Assembly: GCA_014905635.1 (NCBI GenBank)
Contig: JABVCE010000009.1
Span: 496,001 to 560,000 of the forward strand
DNA from: Scenedesmus sp. PABB004
Taxonomy: Eukaryota
Direction of reading: 5' to 3'
DNA length: 64,000 bases
Made by a program: the position numbers and the translations under genes. This document shows positions 56,876 to 64,000 of this stretch, in pieces (the stretch's first letter is position 1; each line of letters begins with the position of its first letter). The notes under the pieces are model-generated. The model did no database searches, had not been told where the DNA came from, and worked only from the letters and a program-made list of their open reading frames with translations.

Positions 56876-59114
56876 TCACGCCAGGCCGAGCGTCACGCCC
56901 GGGAACTCGCCGATGGCCGACACCTCGCCGAGCGGCGCGAAGGGCTCGGTTAGGCCGACGCTGCGCGCCGCCGCGTCGGCGGGCGGCACGCCGCGCAGCG
57001 CGGCGAGCCGCTCCGCGAGCGCCCAGCCGCTGGTGACGGCCGACTGCACGCTCGCGCCAGTCAGCCAATCGCCGGCGACGCCGACGCGTGCTGTCGCGTC
57101 GAGGATGCACGGCAAGCCCGGGCTGTTCATTGGCAGCGCAGCGCCCCAGAGCTGGCAGCTGCGGCACGCGGCAGCGGCGGCGGCGGCCCAGCGCCGCGGC
57201 GGCTCAGTGCGCCGCCCGGAGAGCGCGGCGCGCACGCCGCGGCGGGGCGCTCGCGCGAGCGGCGCGCTCACCGCGTGAACACGGGCTTGGGCAGCGCGGC
57301 GGGCAGGAGCCCGAGCTGCTGCGCGAGCGCGTCGATCATCTGGCGCGCCACGGCGGCGGCCACGTCCGGCGGCACCCGCTCCTGCGGCACTTTGTTGCGC
57401 TGGCCAAATGCGTTGGTGGAGATCAGCGTCCAGCACTGCAGCGCCTCGTGCGGCGGCGCGTGGCGCAGGCTGAGCTTTGCGCTCTGGTTCGCCGCCCAGG
57501 CGAGGACGGGGCTGCCCTGCACCCACGCGCCTGCGCGCGCCACCGCGGCGGCGGGCGTGAGGCGCGCGCGCGCGCTTCTCCGGGTTGCGGCGGCGCGGCG
57601 CGGCGGCGGGGGCCCCGCGCGCGCGGCCTGAGCCCCCGCCTCCGCGCGCGGTCTGAGCCCCTCACCCTGCATGCCGCCCGGCACGGGCACGGGGCCGTCA
57701 AAGGCAACCATAGTCACCCACACCGCGCTCAGGCGCAGCCGCATGAGCTGCTGGGCGACGTGCGGGGCGCCGCTCGGGCCGACGAGCCTGCGCCGCGGGG
57801 ACGGCGGTCGGCGGGGGCGGCGGTCAGATTGCGCGCGCAGGGTGCGCGGGCGCGGGCCCCGCGCGGCGCCCCCGACGCACACCTGTTGGCGCACTTGCCA
57901 TTGTGAGCGATGACGACCGCGCCAAACGTGCCGAGGCCCTTGCTGCCCTTGCCGGAGAGCTGCCAGCCGCCCGCGGCGGGGCTCGCCGCCATGCGGGAGA
58001 CCCACATCGGGCGCACGATCTCCACGCCGCCGCCAGACGCGGCCACCACCTGCGCCGCAGCGGCGTGAGCGCGCCGCAGCGGCGTGAGCGCGCGGCCGCC
58101 GGCCGCGGGCGGCCGCGGGCGCGCGCGCTGCGCCATGGCCCGTCCTGAGCTGCGGCACGCCGCCGGTGCCGCCGGCGCCGCGCGCACCTCGTCCGCCATG
58201 TGCTGCGCGAGGCGGCGCATGCCGCCGCGCGCGACGAACAGCGGCGGCGACGCGCCCAGCGGCCCGAAGCTGCCGCCGGGGCTGAGCGTGCCGACCGGGC
58301 CCTGCGCGCCGGCGCGTGCGTCATCGCCGGCAGGGCGCTGCGCCCTCGCGCAGCGCCAGCGTCCCCGCATCCCTGCCGCCCCCCGTGCGCCGCACCTGCC
58401 AGCGCGCCACGGCGCCCTGCTCCAGCCAGGCCGCGACCTGCTGGTCAAACGCCGGGTCTGACGCTGTGAAGCACTGGGCCGCGTGGTCAAACGCGAGCCC
58501 CGCGCCCGCGAGCCCCGGCGGCAGCGCGTCGCCGCGGAGCGAGCCGTCGCGCGCGTCGCGCGTCGCGGCGCGGCCGCCGGGGCCGTGCTCGCCCGTGTCG
58601 AAGACCGTCGCGCGCACGCCGCGGCGCGCGAGGCCCTGCGGCCCAGCGAGAAGAAGGGAGGAGGGCGGGCGTCGGAGGGTCTGACCGGGCACGGCCGGCA
58701 GCGGCCGCCGCGAGCGCTCGCGCGGCGACCACATGCCTGCGCGCACGCGAGGCCGGCGAGGCCGCCGCCGATGATCGCGACCGGCTGCTCCGGCCCCAGC
58801 GGCGCCGCCCAGGAGACCTGCTTCTCCAGGTCGACGCCGCCCCGGTGCCAGTTGTTCTTGTAGCCCATGCGCTGCCGTGCGCGCGCCGCGAGGTCGCCGC
58901 CGCCGTCGCCGGGGCTCGGCCGGCGCGGCGGCCGCTCGGCGCCGCCGCCCGCAAGGCGCGGCGGCCGCTCGGCGCCGGCGCTCTGCCGCTCGGCGCCGCC
59001 GCCCGGCCGGCGCGGCGGCGGCTGCTGCAGCATGCTGCTGGCAATCAACCGCACGCAGCGGAGGGGGGCAGGCGCAGAGCGGGCGAGCAGCGCTCGTGGC
59101 CACCGGCGTGCCAC
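56876..59114 (-). CDS. FAD-dependent oxidoreductase, renalase-like, multi-exon
   Basis: Rossmann VAIIGGGLAGLACA, VFDTGEHGPGGRAATR, FDHAAQCFT, QLWGAALP and VAGDWLTG. The true start is uncertain (ATG 59033 or an upstream exon). Confidence 0.85.
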
Positions 59115-59585
59115 CTGCGGCTAAACTGCGCGCTGGGCGGCGCCCGGCCACCAATGAGAGCGCTGACGTATTCCCGGACGAGCGGTGGGTCGCGCGGGGA
59201 GCCAGGGGCGAGGGCAGCAGCGGCAGCGACGGCAGGAACGGCGGCGCGGCAGGCGGAGCTGGCGCTGCTCGTTCGAACGCATTGGCGTTGCCAACGTCTT
59301 TCGGGACACCAGCCCTCGGGACTTCACACGCGGGTGCAGCCGCCGCTGAGCCCTGGCAGTCGCTCGCGAGTTTGCGTGCCGCCGCGCGGCACGCAAACGG
59401 CGGCAGTCGTGGCTGCCGGGCATGACGGTCTCCCACGGTGCCGATGACACACAGTCGCCCGCAGTCTACAGCCCCTCATCGGCCGGCAGGCACGACCAGC
59501 CTCCACCGCGCGGGCGCGGCCGACCCCGCTGGAGGAAGCTCGGGGCGGCGCGGCGCCGGCGCCGACGCCAGCGGCCGCGGCCGAG

Positions 59586-59706
59586 TCACCGCCCGAGCAG
59601 CAGCGGCGCCCAGGGGTCCTCCAGGAAGGACCGCTTGAAGAAGCGCGCGCCGTCCGGCACGCCGCCGTCGGTGCGCGGCACCTTGGGGCCGCGCCCGCGC
59701 CCGCGC

Positions 59707-59752
<46 letters not shown>

Positions 59753-60425
59753 TGCCCTGCCAGCCGCCGCGGCCGCCGCCCCGCCCGCCGCCGCCGCGGC
59801 CGCTGCGGCCGCCTTGGAGCGCGAAGCCGCCGGGCCCGGGGCCAAACTGCTGCTGCTGCTGCCAGGTCGGGCCGCCAAACTGCTGCGGCGGCTGCTGCGG
59901 CAGCTGCTGCTGCTGCTGCAGAAGCCAGGGCGGCGGCTGCTGCCCGAAGCCGCCCGGCGGCGGCGGCAGTGGGAAGCCCGGCGGCTGCTGAAGCTGCGGC
60001 GGCGGCCGCAGCAGCTGCTGCTGCGACGGCGGCGGCTGCTGCTGCCGCGGCGCCGCCGCCGGCGCCGCCTGCTGCGCCGCGGTGCGCGCGCGCGCCGCCT
60101 CCATGCCGGGTGCGGCGCGCGTGAACGCCGCCAGCGGGTCGCTGTGCGCGCGCGCGGGCGGCGCGCGGGCACGCCGCGCGGCGTTGTGAGCTCGAGCCGG
60201 CGCGGGCGGCCGGCGCCAGCCGGCTGCCGCTGCCGCCGCCAGCGCTCGCACCTGAACAGGCCGCCGGCGGGCGCCTTGGTGGCGTCCTCGTCCGCAAAGG
60301 GGTTGAACAACTTTGGCGGGTTGCTGCCTGCGCGGCCGCGCAAAGCAGTGAGCAGCGTCAGCCCGCCGCCGGCACCGGCCCGAGAGGCACCCCTCTCGTA
60401 GCGCTTCGGCCGGCGCCTCACCCAT
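59586..60425 (-). CDS. SICKLE / MPLKIP(TTDN1)-like small P/Q/G-rich protein, three exons
   Basis: MG-SNPPKLFNPF...LFS-DPLAAF, a P/Q-rich then RGG-rich region, and C-terminal RFFKRSFLEDPWAPLL, resembling the MPLKIP motif YxKxSMLEDPW. Confidence 0.7.
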
Positions 60426-60763
60426 GGCGGCGGCGCGCGCGACGCGCGCGGCGGCGGCGGCGGCGGCGGCGGGCAGGGCGCGCTGCTGCTGCTTCGCGAC
60501 GGAGCGGAGCATGCGCCCCTGCTGATCGTGCTCGGGCGGCTAGCGGCGGGTGTGGACGCGCGGCTGGGGCGGCGGACACACCGCCCTGCCCACAGGGGTA
60601 GCAGCCGAACGGCCGAACTTTAGCACGCGCCTGCTCGCTGCCCGCGCCACGGACCACCCGGCCAGCCGTCGCCCTCCGCGGCCGCACTCGCCCGCCACGC
60701 AACCAAGCACCGCCGCGCACCGCCGCGCAGCTCCTGGCAGCGCAGTCACCGGGCAATCACAAG

Positions 60764-63029
<2,266 letters not shown>

Positions 63030-63303
63030 GAGAGAGGGATTGATTTTGTTTCTTTGGGGAGGAGAGAGGCGGGGCGGGGTGCGGGGCGAGAGCTGGGCGG
63101 CGGGCGGCGGCGCTGGCCCGTGCCGGCGCCGCGGCCGGCGGCAGGTGACGTGTCGCTGGTTCCACGCGGGCCGGTCAGCTCGCCAGCTTTGCCTGCTCTT
63201 CCCCACACGCAACCAGGCCAGACGCGGCAGCCAGCCCGCTCACAGGGCCAGCTGCCGCCAGGCCGTGGCCCGCGACTGCAGCGCACACGCGCGGCGCGCG
63301 CGC

Positions 63304-64000
63304 TCAGGGCCTGGCCGCGAGCGCCGCGCCGCCGCCGCCCGGCGCCGCCGCGGACGCGACCGCCGACGCCGACGCGACCGCGCTGGCCACGAGGCGCCGC
63401 ATCGAGTCGAGCGCGCCGCGCTCCGCCAGGATGCGCTGAAGGTCGCGCCGCAGCGCCGCGCGCTCCGCCGCTGCGTCGCGCACGGCGTCGTCCTTGGCCC
63501 GCAGCGCCTCCTGCGCGGCGCGGCGCGGCGCACGCGCGTGAGAGACGGGCAGCGGCGGGCGGCCGCGGCCCCGCAACGCTCGCGGCGCTCCTCGCGCCCC
63601 TGGGGCAGCGCGCACCTGCGCCGCGGCGAGGCCTGCCTGCGCTGCGTTGAGCTGCGCCAGCAGGTAGGCCTGCGGCTGGCCCACGAGCGCGAGCTGGGCC
63701 CGCAGCTTCTCCGCGGCGCCGCGCGCCCTGTCGAGCTCGCCTGCGGGGCGGCGGGGCGGGCGGGCGGCGGCCCTCGGCAGCACGCTAAGGCGGCGCGCGG
63801 CAGGACGCGCCCGCCGACGGGGCTGGCGGCCGGGCGCCGCCGCGTTGGCCGCCGGTGCGCCCCGCACCCTGCAGCGCCGTCTGCTCTCGCGCGAGCGCCT
63901 GCTTATCGCCCTCCAGCCGCGCGCAGCGCGCCGCGAGCTGGATATTGTGCCTGATGCGGCGCTGCAGCGCGGCCGCGAGCTGGCGGTCGTGCTGCTGCGC
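63304..64000 (-). CDS. PIBF1: PIBF1/CEP90-like centriolar coiled-coil protein, 3' part (5' end outside window)
   Basis: LALVGQPQAYLLAQL...ERAALRRDLQRILAERGALDSMRRLV parallels the PIBF1 C-terminus (QQPYRYLIE...DLEQLLNHREELAAMKQIL). Confidence 0.65.
   Translation of the reverse strand, partial: RSSTTASSRPRCSAASGTISSSRRAARGWRAISRRSRESRRRCRVRGAPAANAAAPGRQPRRRARPAARRLSVLPRAAARPPRRPAGELDRARGAAEKLRAQLALVGQPQAYLLAQLNAAQAGLAAAQVRAAPGARGAPRALRGRGRPPLPVSHARAPRRAAQEALRAKDDAVRDAAAERAALRRDLQRILAERGALDSMRRLVASAVASASAVASAAAPGGGGAALAARP

Overview
This is a very GC-rich (visually about 75-80%), gene-dense, intron-rich eukaryotic nuclear region. It looks like a chlorophyte green alga, plausibly Sphaeropleales (inferred from composition, intron style and protein similarity). 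Most long ORFs in the supplied track are GC-rich shadows. The real genes are spliced and I rebuilt them by hand from GT/GC-AG junctions, so CDS coordinates are start-to-stop gene spans. In order: CEP290 3' part (+), a coiled-coil protein (-), a small TM protein (-), POC5 (-), a small ORF (+), cyclin L (-) with an intronic dual-guide box C/D snoRNA, an AVT1-type amino acid transporter (-), PEX6 (+), an EamA/DMT transporter (+), a serine beta-lactamase/esterase (-), SGNH hydrolase copy A (-), a small protein (+), a cytochrome P450 (+), a cellular RNA-dependent RNA polymerase of the RDR-gamma type with a DYDGD motif (-), a GT10 fucosyltransferase (-), SEC23 (-), SGNH copy B (-), a frameshifted internal SEC23 duplicate, a hypothetical protein (-), a renalase-like flavoprotein (-), a SICKLE/MPLKIP-like protein (-), adenosine kinase (+) and the PIBF1/CEP90 3' part (-). 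The most notable items are the RDR-gamma, the intronic snoRNA with two LSU rRNA guides, the many GC-AG introns and the local SEC23/SGNH duplication. Family assignments rest on motifs I recognise, not on database searches.
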